A stretch of 45,768 nucleotides of DNA from an uncultured Muribaculaceae bacterium. GTDB lineage: Bacteria; Bacillota_I; Bacilli_A; RF39; UBA660. Where the stretch lies: assembly GCA_964551965.1 (NCBI GenBank), contig CAZKFB010000005.1:1-45768 (forward strand). Reading direction: 5' to 3'. Both the position numbers and the translations under genes were made by a program. Below, one piece after another: positions 10,873 to 19,668 of the stretch. The stretch's first letter is position 1, and each line of letters starts with the position of its first letter. The notes beneath the pieces were generated by a model. The model did no database searches. It was not told the origin of the DNA and saw only the letters and a list, made by a program, of their open reading frames with translations.

Positions 10873-10897
10873 AAAAAACTCTCTATTTGAGAGTTTT
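10873..10897 (-). terminator. Intrinsic terminator after DUF4097 gene
   Basis: AAAACTCTC/GAGAGTTTT stem with a U-tract on the minus strand. Confidence 0.75.
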
Positions 10898-10901
10898 ATA
10901 A

Positions 10902-11738
10902 TTAATTTACTTCAATGTCTCCACAACTGTTTTTTATGTCTAAGACAATATCAGACTTATTATTACTATCGTTAACTTTTTCTTCACCTAAGCTTACTTT
11001 TGATTCAATTCTGATATCATTAGTTTGACCTATCTTAATGTCACCCATATTATTAGTTATACGAGAACTTTCTTTAATATCAATATTCTTAATTTTAATA
11101 TCTCCACAATCATCTTCAATATCTAAGTATTCAGTTACTTTATCTATTTTAATATCTCCTAAATTATTCTCAACTTTTATTCTATTAACTGAATTAACAT
11201 CAATATCACCAGCATCACTTACAATATTTAATTCTTTTATATTACCAATCTTCGTATCTCCTAAATCAGAATCAATATCTAATATAGCTGATGGGAAATC
11301 ATTCACTTTAATATTGCCTGCGCTATTTTCAACCTTAATCTTTTTATCATAATCAGTTGGTATATAAACTTCTATTTTAGCTGCTTGATTATTAAAGCAG
11401 AATCCGAAACAAGATTTTCCCTTATATTTAATATTTAAACTTTCATTATCTTCAATAGATAACATATCTTCTTCACCATATACTACGACATGAATTCTTT
11501 CATCTTCACTATTAAATAAGTATATGTCTCCTAATGAGTTATTAATATCTATTAGATTATATCTGTTTTCATAGTATTCATCATGAATAATAGTCTTACT
11601 AGCTGAAAAATTAATATTACTAAATAATCCATGAAATCTTATATTATTAGTTAATAACATAACTAATAAACCTATTACTCCAATTGCTAGAATTGATAAA
11701 ACTACGATTAAAGTAATTATTGACGATTTATTCTTCAT
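10902..11738 (-). CDS. DUF4097 beta-strand-repeat membrane-anchored protein
   Basis: N-terminal TM followed by repeated (S/N)xxGDI units. Confidence 0.85.
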   Translation of the reverse strand: MKNKSSIITLIVVLSILAIGVIGLLVMLLTNNIRFHGLFSNINFSASKTIIHDEYYENRYNLIDINNSLGDIYLFNSEDERIHVVVYGEEDMLSIEDNESLNIKYKGKSCFGFCFNNQAAKIEVYIPTDYDKKIKVENSAGNIKVNDFPSAILDIDSDLGDTKIGNIKELNIVSDAGDIDVNSVNRIKVENNLGDIKIDKVTEYLDIEDDCGDIKIKNIDIKESSRITNNMGDIKIGQTNDIRIESKVSLGEEKVNDSNNKSDIVLDIKNSCGDIEVN

Positions 11739-12348
11739 TTTTATTCTCCTTTAATTGAAATATTAAATCAATAATTGCTTCTATTAAGCCATAAGCTACC
11801 CATATTAGCCATGTGATATGCCAAGCAAAAGTAATAAAACTTACAGTAAAATAAATAAGACAAGTAATTACAGCAGCAATTTCTTTAACTGCTTTGGCAA
11901 CTTTATTTTCTTTCTTTTCTTCTACTTTTACTTTATAGTTAATTGATGTATAAACTATTATAAATGTTGCAACACCACATATAAGTAAGAATATAGCTGA
12001 AGATACAATTGGATTTATTCTAAATACGGGAATTGTAACCATTATCCATGCTATTGCAACAAAATAACCTAAGACTCCAAGGCCAATTCCCAAAGATTTT
12101 TTCTTTCTTATTTCTCTTTGATCTTCAATCATTACTTCTTCTTTTTCTTTAACTACTCCACTTAATAATTCATCAGTTGTAATACCAAATAATTCACAAA
12201 TTGGAATTATTTTATCAAGATCTGGCATCGATTGATCGGTCTCCCACTTCGATATTGTTTGACGAGTAACATTTAATTTATCTGCTACTTGTTCTTGAGA
12301 TAAGTTTTTTGACTTTCGTAAATTTATTAGTCTTTCTCCTATACTCAT
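11728..12348 (-). CDS. XRE/Cro HTH regulator with C-terminal TM helices
   Basis: LSQEQVADKLNVTRQTISKWE HTH_3 plus about 4 hydrophobic segments. Confidence 0.9.
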   Translation of the reverse strand: MSIGERLINLRKSKNLSQEQVADKLNVTRQTISKWETDQSMPDLDKIIPICELFGITTDELLSGVVKEKEEVMIEDQREIRKKKSLGIGLGVLGYFVAIAWIMVTIPVFRINPIVSSAIFLLICGVATFIIVYTSINYKVKVEEKKENKVAKAVKEIAAVITCLIYFTVSFITFAWHITWLIWVAYGLIEAIIDLIFQLKENKNEE

Positions 12349-12384
12349 AATTCACCTCTTTCATTATTAAATTATAAAATAATA

Positions 12385-12429
12385 AGTAGTTGCACTCTAC
12401 CAATTCTACTTGGAAATTTGTCAACTACT
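12385..12429. promoter_or_regulatory. Inverted repeat upstream of XRE gene (possible autoregulatory operator)
   Basis: AGTAGTTG (12385-12392) ... CAACTACT (12422-12429) overlapping a minus-strand TTGACA. Confidence 0.35.
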
Positions 12430-12445
12430 CTTAACATTTTGATTA

Positions 12446-13276
12446 TTATATACCTATTATATTTAAAATAAGTCCGGATATTACGCCAACAGTATATATA
12501 ATAGCTACTATCTTTAAATTTTCCTTTAAGTTCTTATTGTTCTTAAAAAGAACAAGGATTGCAACTCCACTTCCTGTAAGAAGTCCACCTATAGTCGTAC
12601 CTAAAGATAATACTCCATTTAAATATAATTCAGTTAATATTACTGAAGCTGCACAGTTAGGAATAAGACCCAATAAAGGAGATAAGAAAGATCCAATAAC
12701 ATAGTTAGATAGGAACAATTCTTTTATTGCATCTTCTGATACAAAATAGAATACGGTATTTAAAATAAGTGTTGCTATACCAATAAATAATATAGTCTTT
12801 AATGTATGTATTGTTGTGGATTTAATAAGTGAATGATCACAATCACAATGCTCATGTTCACAAATATTGAAGTTTTCTTTTACTGTTGAACGTGTAATAA
12901 AATCTATTATAAAACCTACTACCATACCTATTCCGATTTTTAAACCAACTATTTTAGCTATTTCGATAATAGGTACTTGATTAGCTATTAATATTGGAAG
13001 CATTTCATCACTTGTCGATAAATAAATAGCAATTAAAGTTCCTAATGTAATAACTCTTGTAACATAAAAGTTTGTAGCTAATACAGAAAATCCACATTGA
13101 GGGATTCCACCTAAAAGTGCTCCAACAAAAGGTCCAAACTTTCCTGAAGAAGTTATTACCTTTTTAGATTTATTACTTAATTTATGTTCTAATAATTCTA
13201 ATATTAAAAATGATACAAATAGAAATGGTAATAATTTTACTATATCTAAAAGTGTATCTAATAATACATCTATCAT
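12446..13276 (-). CDS. Putative metal (Mn) permease, DUF2899-like
   Basis: GGIPQCGFSV, STSDEMLP, GLIPNCAASV motifs, His/Cys-rich loop CEHEHCDCDH, multiple TM helices. Confidence 0.8.
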   Translation of the reverse strand: MIDVLLDTLLDIVKLLPFLFVSFLILELLEHKLSNKSKKVITSSGKFGPFVGALLGGIPQCGFSVLATNFYVTRVITLGTLIAIYLSTSDEMLPILIANQVPIIEIAKIVGLKIGIGMVVGFIIDFITRSTVKENFNICEHEHCDCDHSLIKSTTIHTLKTILFIGIATLILNTVFYFVSEDAIKELFLSNYVIGSFLSPLLGLIPNCAASVILTELYLNGVLSLGTTIGGLLTGSGVAILVLFKNNKNLKENLKIVAIIYTVGVISGLILNIIGI

Positions 13277-13317
13277 ATAATCACCAACCCACCAAATTAT
13301 AGCATATGATTTGTGAT

Positions 13318-13917
13318 TTATACAAGATTGTAAGACATATCTATATATTTAGTTATTTCTTCTATTGAGGAAACATTATCGAGATTTATAGTAATCCAAT
13401 ATTTCTTATTCATATGATATGCCTTAAAGAAGACAATGTTATCTATTAGATCTGGTATTAAATAGTCAGGTAATTTAATATTAATCGTATCTATATCTTT
13501 AGTATCTTTTATATCTAGTTTCTTTGATGATATATTCATATATAATAAGAACCATTTTTTATTCTTATTTAAAGTAAATGAATTGGAATCTTTGGGAAAT
13601 GGATAAACAGGTTTAACATTATATTTAGTTTCCACATATTTAATTAAATCATTAACTATATCCGATTTCTTCTTTAATCTATCTAATACTTTATCAACTA
13701 ATTCATGTAATTCAGCAGAAAGAGCTCCTTGATGGCTTATTAGATTGAAAGGAATATATTCTTCAGAGGTATTTTTATCATATACTTTAACTTCTAAATT
13801 ATTATCTTTTATAATGATTTCACAATAGAAACTATCATTTAAATCTTCCTGATAATAATAACAATTATTCTTATTTATAAACATTTCTAAATTATAATTC
13901 TTTATGTTAATTTTCAT
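13318..13917 (-). CDS. MmcQ/YjbR family DNA-binding protein
   Basis: KWF, INIK, AYHMNKKYWITI motifs. Confidence 0.85.
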   Translation of the reverse strand: MKINIKNYNLEMFINKNNCYYYQEDLNDSFYCEIIIKDNNLEVKVYDKNTSEEYIPFNLISHQGALSAELHELVDKVLDRLKKKSDIVNDLIKYVETKYNVKPVYPFPKDSNSFTLNKNKKWFLLYMNISSKKLDIKDTKDIDTINIKLPDYLIPDLIDNIVFFKAYHMNKKYWITINLDNVSSIEEITKYIDMSYNLV

Positions 13918-13986
13918 AGATAACTCCTAATTTCTAAATAAATTATAACATAAAAAAAGTTGAAATAATTTTCAACTTAGTTATTA

Positions 13987-14553
13987 TTATAGAATAATTT
14001 CTACTTCATCACCATTATGTAAATCAAAAGCATTAGCTTCATCAGTATCTAAATGTAGTTCTGTCTTATGACTAGGTCCCATTCTAACAACTATGTCACC
14101 AATTATTCCACTTCTTCTTGTTTCAGCTACTGCTCTCACAATTTGACCACTCGTATTAAATTCGTTATTGCAATCTTCAGGACTTAAATGTAAGTGTCTT
14201 TGAGCAACTACAACAGGTACACTTACTTTATTATTTGGATCATCATAATATACAAATAATTTAGGAGTATTATCAATATGACTAGATTCTTTAATAACAT
14301 AATCCTTTAAACCAATACTTATGCAATCAGTTGCTGATAATTCAGCTTGGGAATAATCTCTTGTTGGGCCAACTAATCTAACATTCAACTCTTTACCATT
14401 AGGTCCAACTACAGTAAGCATACATTTAAGAGCATACTGTCCTGGTTGACTAATATCCTTTAATTTTTCTAACTCTTTATCTTTAAATAATACTTGATAA
14501 TCACTTTCGGATAAATGAATATGTTTATTTGATACACCAACTTTAACTTTCAT
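13987..14553 (-). CDS. pduL: PduL-type phosphate acyltransferase (stand-alone)
   Basis: GVSNKHIHLS, SQPGQYA, AQRHLHLS, LHLDTDEANA motifs. Confidence 0.92.
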   Translation of the reverse strand: MKVKVGVSNKHIHLSESDYQVLFKDKELEKLKDISQPGQYALKCMLTVVGPNGKELNVRLVGPTRDYSQAELSATDCISIGLKDYVIKESSHIDNTPKLFVYYDDPNNKVSVPVVVAQRHLHLSPEDCNNEFNTSGQIVRAVAETRRSGIIGDIVVRMGPSHKTELHLDTDEANAFDLHNGDEVEIIL

Positions 14554-14632
14554 ATGTTCACCTTCTATATTGATTATAACATAAGTAATATATTCCTAGA
14601 TAAAAAAAGAATGCTATATAAAAACAAATGAA

Positions 14633-15628
14633 CTAGTTTAGGTTCATTTGTTTTAAACATTTTCTAACGTCATAATCAGTTCTAATAAGTCTTAATGCCT
14701 TATGGTACAATTGACCAATACGCGCTTCTGATACCCCATATATTTTTGCTGCTTCATCATAAGTAATCTTTTCTTCTCCATTTGAACCAGTAATCCTAAA
14801 TACAATTTCTCTGTCACGATCAGATAATGAACTACAATTATTTATAGCATCTATTAATTCTTTATAGATTATTTCTTCTACTACTATATCAGCATCGTCT
14901 TTTTTATATACATCATCTAAACTTGCTCTAAACCTTTGTAATCCTGTATCAAGGAGAATATATTTAAGCATATCAAGTTTTCTTTTAGTATAGCTTATAT
15001 TATTGTTAGAATCGGAAGAATACTCAATAATAGCTTCAAACAGTTCATATGTTTGTTCAACTAAATCTATATCAGAAAATCCTAAAGCATTTAAACGACT
15101 ACTAATTTTATAATATGCGGGAGATTCTTTAAAGTATTCAGATATTATTTTTAGAAAATCTTCATAACTTGCTTCTCCGTTTTTTTGAGTAAATTCAATA
15201 TATAAATATAGTAGATCACTGAGAGTTAAAGTGCTAGCGATAGTTACATCGGCGACTGTAAGGTCAGTCTCAATTAACATACGAGATAATTCGTTATAAA
15301 ATGTAACATCAAGTATTTTATATAAACTCCTTTTTACTAATAAAGAACCCTCTTTAATTCTTCTAATCCATATTTCTGAACATGAGTTTATAACATCATC
15401 CATATCAAAGTTAACATTATCAATTGAAGCAAATTTATTATTTTTTATAAATTCAGCTACTACATAGATCGTTCCTTCTATTAACCTATTAAAGTACTCT
15501 TGTTTTTTATCTTCATCATCTACTTCAAGCATTTTTTGATATAACTTCTTAGCATCAGCAAAGCTTAATTTATCAAACTTATCAATTTGTTTAATCCAAT
15601 TCTTATATATTTGCTCATTTTTACTCAT
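14633..15628 (-). CDS. Divergent sigma-70-like protein with region 4 HTH
   Basis: C-terminal LSDRDREIV...TYDEAAKIYGVSEARIGQLYHKALRLIR; region-2-like RLIEGTIYVV...MDDVI; TTGCAA-17-TATAAT promoter; alternative start 15661. Confidence 0.7.
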   Translation of the reverse strand: MSKNEQIYKNWIKQIDKFDKLSFADAKKLYQKMLEVDDEDKKQEYFNRLIEGTIYVVAEFIKNNKFASIDNVNFDMDDVINSCSEIWIRRIKEGSLLVKRSLYKILDVTFYNELSRMLIETDLTVADVTIASTLTLSDLLYLYIEFTQKNGEASYEDFLKIISEYFKESPAYYKISSRLNALGFSDIDLVEQTYELFEAIIEYSSDSNNNISYTKRKLDMLKYILLDTGLQRFRASLDDVYKKDDADIVVEEIIYKELIDAINNCSSLSDRDREIVFRITGSNGEEKITYDEAAKIYGVSEARIGQLYHKALRLIRTDYDVRKCLKQMNLN

Positions 15629-15741
15629 AATATTTTCCCCCATTATTCTTCGCATCAACATGCCACCTATTATATCGTATATCTAATGTTTTTGCAAACT
15701 ATGATAATTATCTTTTCGAACTAACAATAAATAACTAACAT

Positions 15742-15768
15742 AAAAAAAGAATGTTATAAAACATTCTT
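15742..15768 (-). terminator. Intrinsic terminator of nrdDG
   Basis: AAGAATGTT/AACATTCTT stem followed by a U-tract. Confidence 0.8.
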
Positions 15769-15770
15769 CT

Positions 15771-16265
15771 TTATTCTGTATAAAGAACTACTTCACCTTT
15801 CTTTAAGCTCTTTTGAACATCAATAACTCTTTGGTTACTTGATCCTCGCCATTCAAGTCTAAAATCATGTAATTCATCTTTATATTGTCCATCAACCAAA
15901 ACATCGACATATTTCATTACTTCTTTATCTTTTAAGTCACGATCAAATAAGAAACCTGACCATGTCCATAAAGTCTTTTTAGGAAATCTTTCCTTAAAAG
16001 ATGCAGCTAATTTAGTAGTACCTTCAATATTTTTAGGATGCATAGGTTCTCCTCCTAATATTGATAGTCCTACAATGAATTCTTTGTCGCATAAATCTAA
16101 TATATGTTCAATTGTTTCATCAGTAAACTCTTTCCCTCCATTGAAGTCATGAGTTTCTGGATTAAAACAATTTTTACAATTAAATACACATCCCTGCATA
16201 AAAACGGATACACGTACACCAGGTCCGTTTGATATATCCATTTTCCTTATTTTATTATATCGCAT
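15771..16265 (-). CDS. nrdG: Anaerobic ribonucleotide reductase activase
   Basis: NGPGVRVSVF, CxxxCxxC (CVFNCKNC), GGEP, DVLVDG, RGSSNQR; adjacent to nrdD. Confidence 0.96.
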   Translation of the reverse strand: MRYNKIRKMDISNGPGVRVSVFMQGCVFNCKNCFNPETHDFNGGKEFTDETIEHILDLCDKEFIVGLSILGGEPMHPKNIEGTTKLAASFKERFPKKTLWTWSGFLFDRDLKDKEVMKYVDVLVDGQYKDELHDFRLEWRGSSNQRVIDVQKSLKKGEVVLYTE

Positions 16266-16267
16266 AA

Positions 16268-18466
16268 CTATTCCTCATCTGCATCTTTATTATCTAAGTG
16301 AATTACACGATCCTTAATCTCTTGAGTTCTTCCCTTATTCCAGAAATTAGAACCAATATATCCACAAGTACGACGAGCAACATTTAATTTATCATGGTCA
16401 CGGTTACCACAATTTGGACAATACCATTCAAGATTATCATCTATTAAGATTTCACCTGTATAACCGCAAGATTGGCAATAATCCAATTTAGTATTTAATT
16501 CAGCATACATTATATTATCATAAATGAATTGAATTACCTCTAATACAGCATCTAAGTTATTAGCAAGATTTGGAGTTTCAATATAAGATATTGCACCTCC
16601 TGGAGATAATTTTTGGAATTCACTCTCTAATTTTAATTTAGTAAATGCATCAATTTCTTCAAATACAGGTACATGATATGAATTAGTAATATAGTCACGA
16701 TCTGTAATACCTTTAATAACACCAAAACGATCTCTTAAACTCTTAGCAAACTTATAAGTAGTTGCTTCGATAGGAGTTCCATATACTGAGTAATCGATAT
16801 CTTCAGCAGCCTTCCATTCAGCACATTTATCATTTAAATGTTGCATTACTTTTAGACCAAATTCTTTACCTTTTCCATTATCAGTATGAGACTGTCCAGT
16901 CATATATTTAACACATTCATATAATCCAGCATATCCTAATGAAATAGTTGAATATCCATGATGTAATAATTCATGAATAGATTCACCTTTTTCTAAACGA
17001 GCAAGTGCTCCATTTTGCCATAAGATTGGTGCAACATCGGATGTTGCTTTAGATAGACGTTCATGTCTTAATTGTAATGCACGATGGCATAATTCAAGAC
17101 GTTCATCGAAGATCTTATCAAATAATTCCATATCTTTTCCACTCGATAGTGCTACATCAACTAAGTTGATTGTAACAACACCTTGATTAAATCTACCATA
17201 ATATTTACCTTTGCCTTCAACATAGTTTTTAGCTTTGGCAATATTTCCTAAACTCATCGAACGATCAGGAGTTAAGAATGAACGGCATCCCATACATGGA
17301 TAACATTCGCCTTCACCTAATTCGTTCTTCTTTAATTCTTTCATTATTTTTTCAGAAATATAATCAGGTACCATACGTTTAGCTGTACATTCAGCAGCTA
17401 ATTTAGTTAAGTAATAGTACTTACTATTCTTCTTAATATTATCTTCTTCAAGAACATATAGAAGTTTTGGGAATGCTGGTGTTACATATACACCTTTTTC
17501 GTTTTTCATTCCTTCAATTCTTTGTTTTAGAACTTCTTCAATAATCATTGCAAGTTCATCTTTATATTCTTCAGTCTCACCTAAATATAAACATACGCTT
17601 AAGAAAGGAGCTTGACCATTAGTTGTAGTCATTGAATTAATTTGATATTGGAAAGTTTGTACACCATCAACAATTTCTTTCTTTAAATCTTCTTTAGCAT
17701 ACTTTTCAATATCTTCAGCAGAAAATTTTCTCTTCTTATATTTCTTAATATAATAATCATAACTACTTCTTACAAAAGGAGCTAAGTGAGTTAATGTAAT
17801 TGTACATCCACCATATTGACTTGAGTTAACAGCTGTAATAAGTTGTGTTGCTATTGTCATAGCTGTTAAGAATCTATGTGGTTTTTCAATCATTACACCA
17901 TTAATAATTGTTCCATTTTGTAACATATCTTCTAAGTTAATTAAATCGCAGTTATGTAATGCATTTTGAGCAAAATAGTCAGCATCATGGAAATGAATTA
18001 ATCCTGATTCATGAGCTTTTACGATATCTTCAGGAAGTAAGAATCTCTTTGTGATATCGGTACTTGTTATACCAGCAAGATAATCTCTTTGTGTTGTAAC
18101 AATCTTTGCATTTTTATTTGAGTTTTCAGTATTCCAATATTCTGATTCACCATCAATTAATTCTTTAATTGCTAAGTCAGTTGTATTACTCTTACGAACT
18201 AACTCTCTTGTATATCTATAAGTAATATATGTTTTAGCTAATTTATATTTCTTTGCTTCCATTAGTTTCTCTTCAATGATATCTTGAATGTCTTCTACTA
18301 GAATTCTTCTCTTCTTTAGCCCTTCAATATATTTAATAATTTTTTTAATTTGAGTGCTGCTGGCTTGATCCCCTTCATCAACCTCAGCGTTTGCCTTGTT
18401 AATAGCAATTTCAATTTTTTCAGGATTATAGTCAACTATATTCCCGTCTCTTTTAATAACCTTCAT
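16268..18466 (-). CDS. nrdD: Class III anaerobic ribonucleoside-triphosphate reductase
   Basis: ATP cone (VIKRDG), HFHD, MGCRSF, TNSYH, CxxC...CxxC, RRTCGYIG glycyl-radical loop. Confidence 0.97.
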   Translation of the reverse strand: MKVIKRDGNIVDYNPEKIEIAINKANAEVDEGDQASSTQIKKIIKYIEGLKKRRILVEDIQDIIEEKLMEAKKYKLAKTYITYRYTRELVRKSNTTDLAIKELIDGESEYWNTENSNKNAKIVTTQRDYLAGITSTDITKRFLLPEDIVKAHESGLIHFHDADYFAQNALHNCDLINLEDMLQNGTIINGVMIEKPHRFLTAMTIATQLITAVNSSQYGGCTITLTHLAPFVRSSYDYYIKKYKKRKFSAEDIEKYAKEDLKKEIVDGVQTFQYQINSMTTTNGQAPFLSVCLYLGETEEYKDELAMIIEEVLKQRIEGMKNEKGVYVTPAFPKLLYVLEEDNIKKNSKYYYLTKLAAECTAKRMVPDYISEKIMKELKKNELGEGECYPCMGCRSFLTPDRSMSLGNIAKAKNYVEGKGKYYGRFNQGVVTINLVDVALSSGKDMELFDKIFDERLELCHRALQLRHERLSKATSDVAPILWQNGALARLEKGESIHELLHHGYSTISLGYAGLYECVKYMTGQSHTDNGKGKEFGLKVMQHLNDKCAEWKAAEDIDYSVYGTPIEATTYKFAKSLRDRFGVIKGITDRDYITNSYHVPVFEEIDAFTKLKLESEFQKLSPGGAISYIETPNLANNLDAVLEVIQFIYDNIMYAELNTKLDYCQSCGYTGEILIDDNLEWYCPNCGNRDHDKLNVARRTCGYIGSNFWNKGRTQEIKDRVIHLDNKDADEE

Positions 18467-18522
18467 GTTATTTACTCCTCCCTCTACTATAACCAAATTA
18501 TATCAAAATATATTTTTAATAA

Positions 18523-18587
18523 TTGTTGCATTTACAACAAAATGAAGAAATTCAAAACTTTTTATTTTTTTGTTGCATTTGCAACAT
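18523..18587. promoter_or_regulatory. Two 18-bp palindromic operators upstream of nrdD
   Basis: TTGTTGCATTTACAACAA (18523-18540) and TTGTTGCATTTGCAACAT (18570-18587). Confidence 0.6.
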
Positions 18588-18727
18588 ATAGAAAAACTTT
18601 TGTTTTCTTTTGTTTTCTACGATATTATGGCAGTTTTATTACACTTTTATAAAAATGGAATAAAAAAATAATGTTTACACATTATTGTCTTTATTAAAAA
18701 TTTTATTATTGGCAATGCAATTTTTTT

Positions 18728-18844
18728 CTAATTCAATAAAGTTCTTTCTGTGTTAATATCTTTGTTGTAATCTACTTTATCATTCTTAAATAATGGAAAA
18801 CATATCCATTGTTGATTATTAAATTGTGTCTTATATGTTTTCAA
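18728..18844 (-). CDS. Putative 38-aa small protein (TTG start)
   Basis: AAAGGGAGG RBS 6 nt before TTG; MKTYKTQFNNQQWICFPLFKNDKVDYNKDINTERTLLN*; TTGCTT-16-TATAAT upstream and a terminator (about 18662-18686) downstream. Confidence 0.5.
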   Translation of the reverse strand: MKTYKTQFNNQQWICFPLFKNDKVDYNKDINTERTLLN

Positions 18845-18966
18845 TTAATTCCTCCCTTTATGTGTGGAGTTTTACTCACTTACCGTATAACTACATTATA
18901 ATACTTATAAAAATATAAGCAAGATTATTTTGTTAATTTCTTTATATTTTTAAACAAAAAAAGAAC

Positions 18967-19659
18967 TTATTGTTCTTTTATTCTATCAAAGTATACATCG
19001 TATCCTTTATCTTTCTCTTCTCTAATCTTATTGATTAGAATATCTTTTGATTCACTTCCAAATCCACTCATATATTGTTCACCTATAACAGTGAAAGGAA
19101 CTCCTCTTAATTCGAAATTCATGTTTTCAGCAAATATATGAGCTAGTTCATAGTAATCTTTATTATTCCATATATCAAATTCATATAGATTATAGTACTT
19201 TCCATATTCATCTTTTATTTCATCTAATACTTCATGTTCTAGTTTGCAATGAGGGCATCCATTTCCATAGAATAAGTAAATATTAACTTTGCCTTTTTCT
19301 CTTTTAACATTCTTTAATAGATTATCAACGTTAATTGAAGGTGTCTTTTTTGTTGTTGTAGTTATAGTTGAACTAAATAATGAATCATTCTTATTAGTTG
19401 ATGCAATTGTCGAATTCGTTTTCTTACTTGTTGAGTTAGTCTTCTTGCTTGTTTTACTTGTTGTCGTTGTTGTTGTACTCGTTGTCGTAGATTCTGTTGG
19501 AACTATTTCATTTGTAGTTGTCGTAGTTGTGGTTGTCGTTGTAGTACTCTTATTATGATTCCTTTCAACCGTATTTTTATTACTTGAAAAATAGAATATT
19601 AGCCCGATTGATATTAATACGGCCGCAGTAACTGTAATTATTATAACTTTCTTTTTCAT
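18967..19659 (-). CDS. Membrane-anchored thioredoxin/glutaredoxin-like protein with Thr-rich linker
   Basis: N-terminal TM, poly-Thr stalk, FYGNGCPHC and GVPF cis-Pro motif. Confidence 0.85.
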   Translation of the reverse strand: MKKKVIIITVTAAVLISIGLIFYFSSNKNTVERNHNKSTTTTTTTTTTTNEIVPTESTTTSTTTTTTSKTSKKTNSTSKKTNSTIASTNKNDSLFSSTITTTTKKTPSINVDNLLKNVKREKGKVNIYLFYGNGCPHCKLEHEVLDEIKDEYGKYYNLYEFDIWNNKDYYELAHIFAENMNFELRGVPFTVIGEQYMSGFGSESKDILINKIREEKDKGYDVYFDRIKEQ

Positions 19660-19668
19660 ATATCCTCC

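Noticed and set aside
9338-15717. 14-bp inverted match GAAAAGATAATTAT (9338-9351 / 15704-15717), loosely dif-like or Fur-like
   Set aside because: A match of this length is roughly chance level in such AT-rich intergenic DNA; the 5-bp central spacer does not fit the 6-bp Xer core
17940-17960. NrdD NCDL instead of NCCL
   Set aside because: The first, catalytically relevant Cys and the MGCR Cys are retained; ordinary variation
18650-18730. Possible readthrough of the small ORF's TAG to a stop in the terminator
   Set aside because: With the seven A's present after TAG, the frame does not end at the terminator; no support
19340-19550. GTT/GTC/GTA trinucleotide runs as a tandem repeat or CRISPR array
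   Set aside because: They encode the Thr-rich linker; no repeat-spacer structure was seen anywhere in the window
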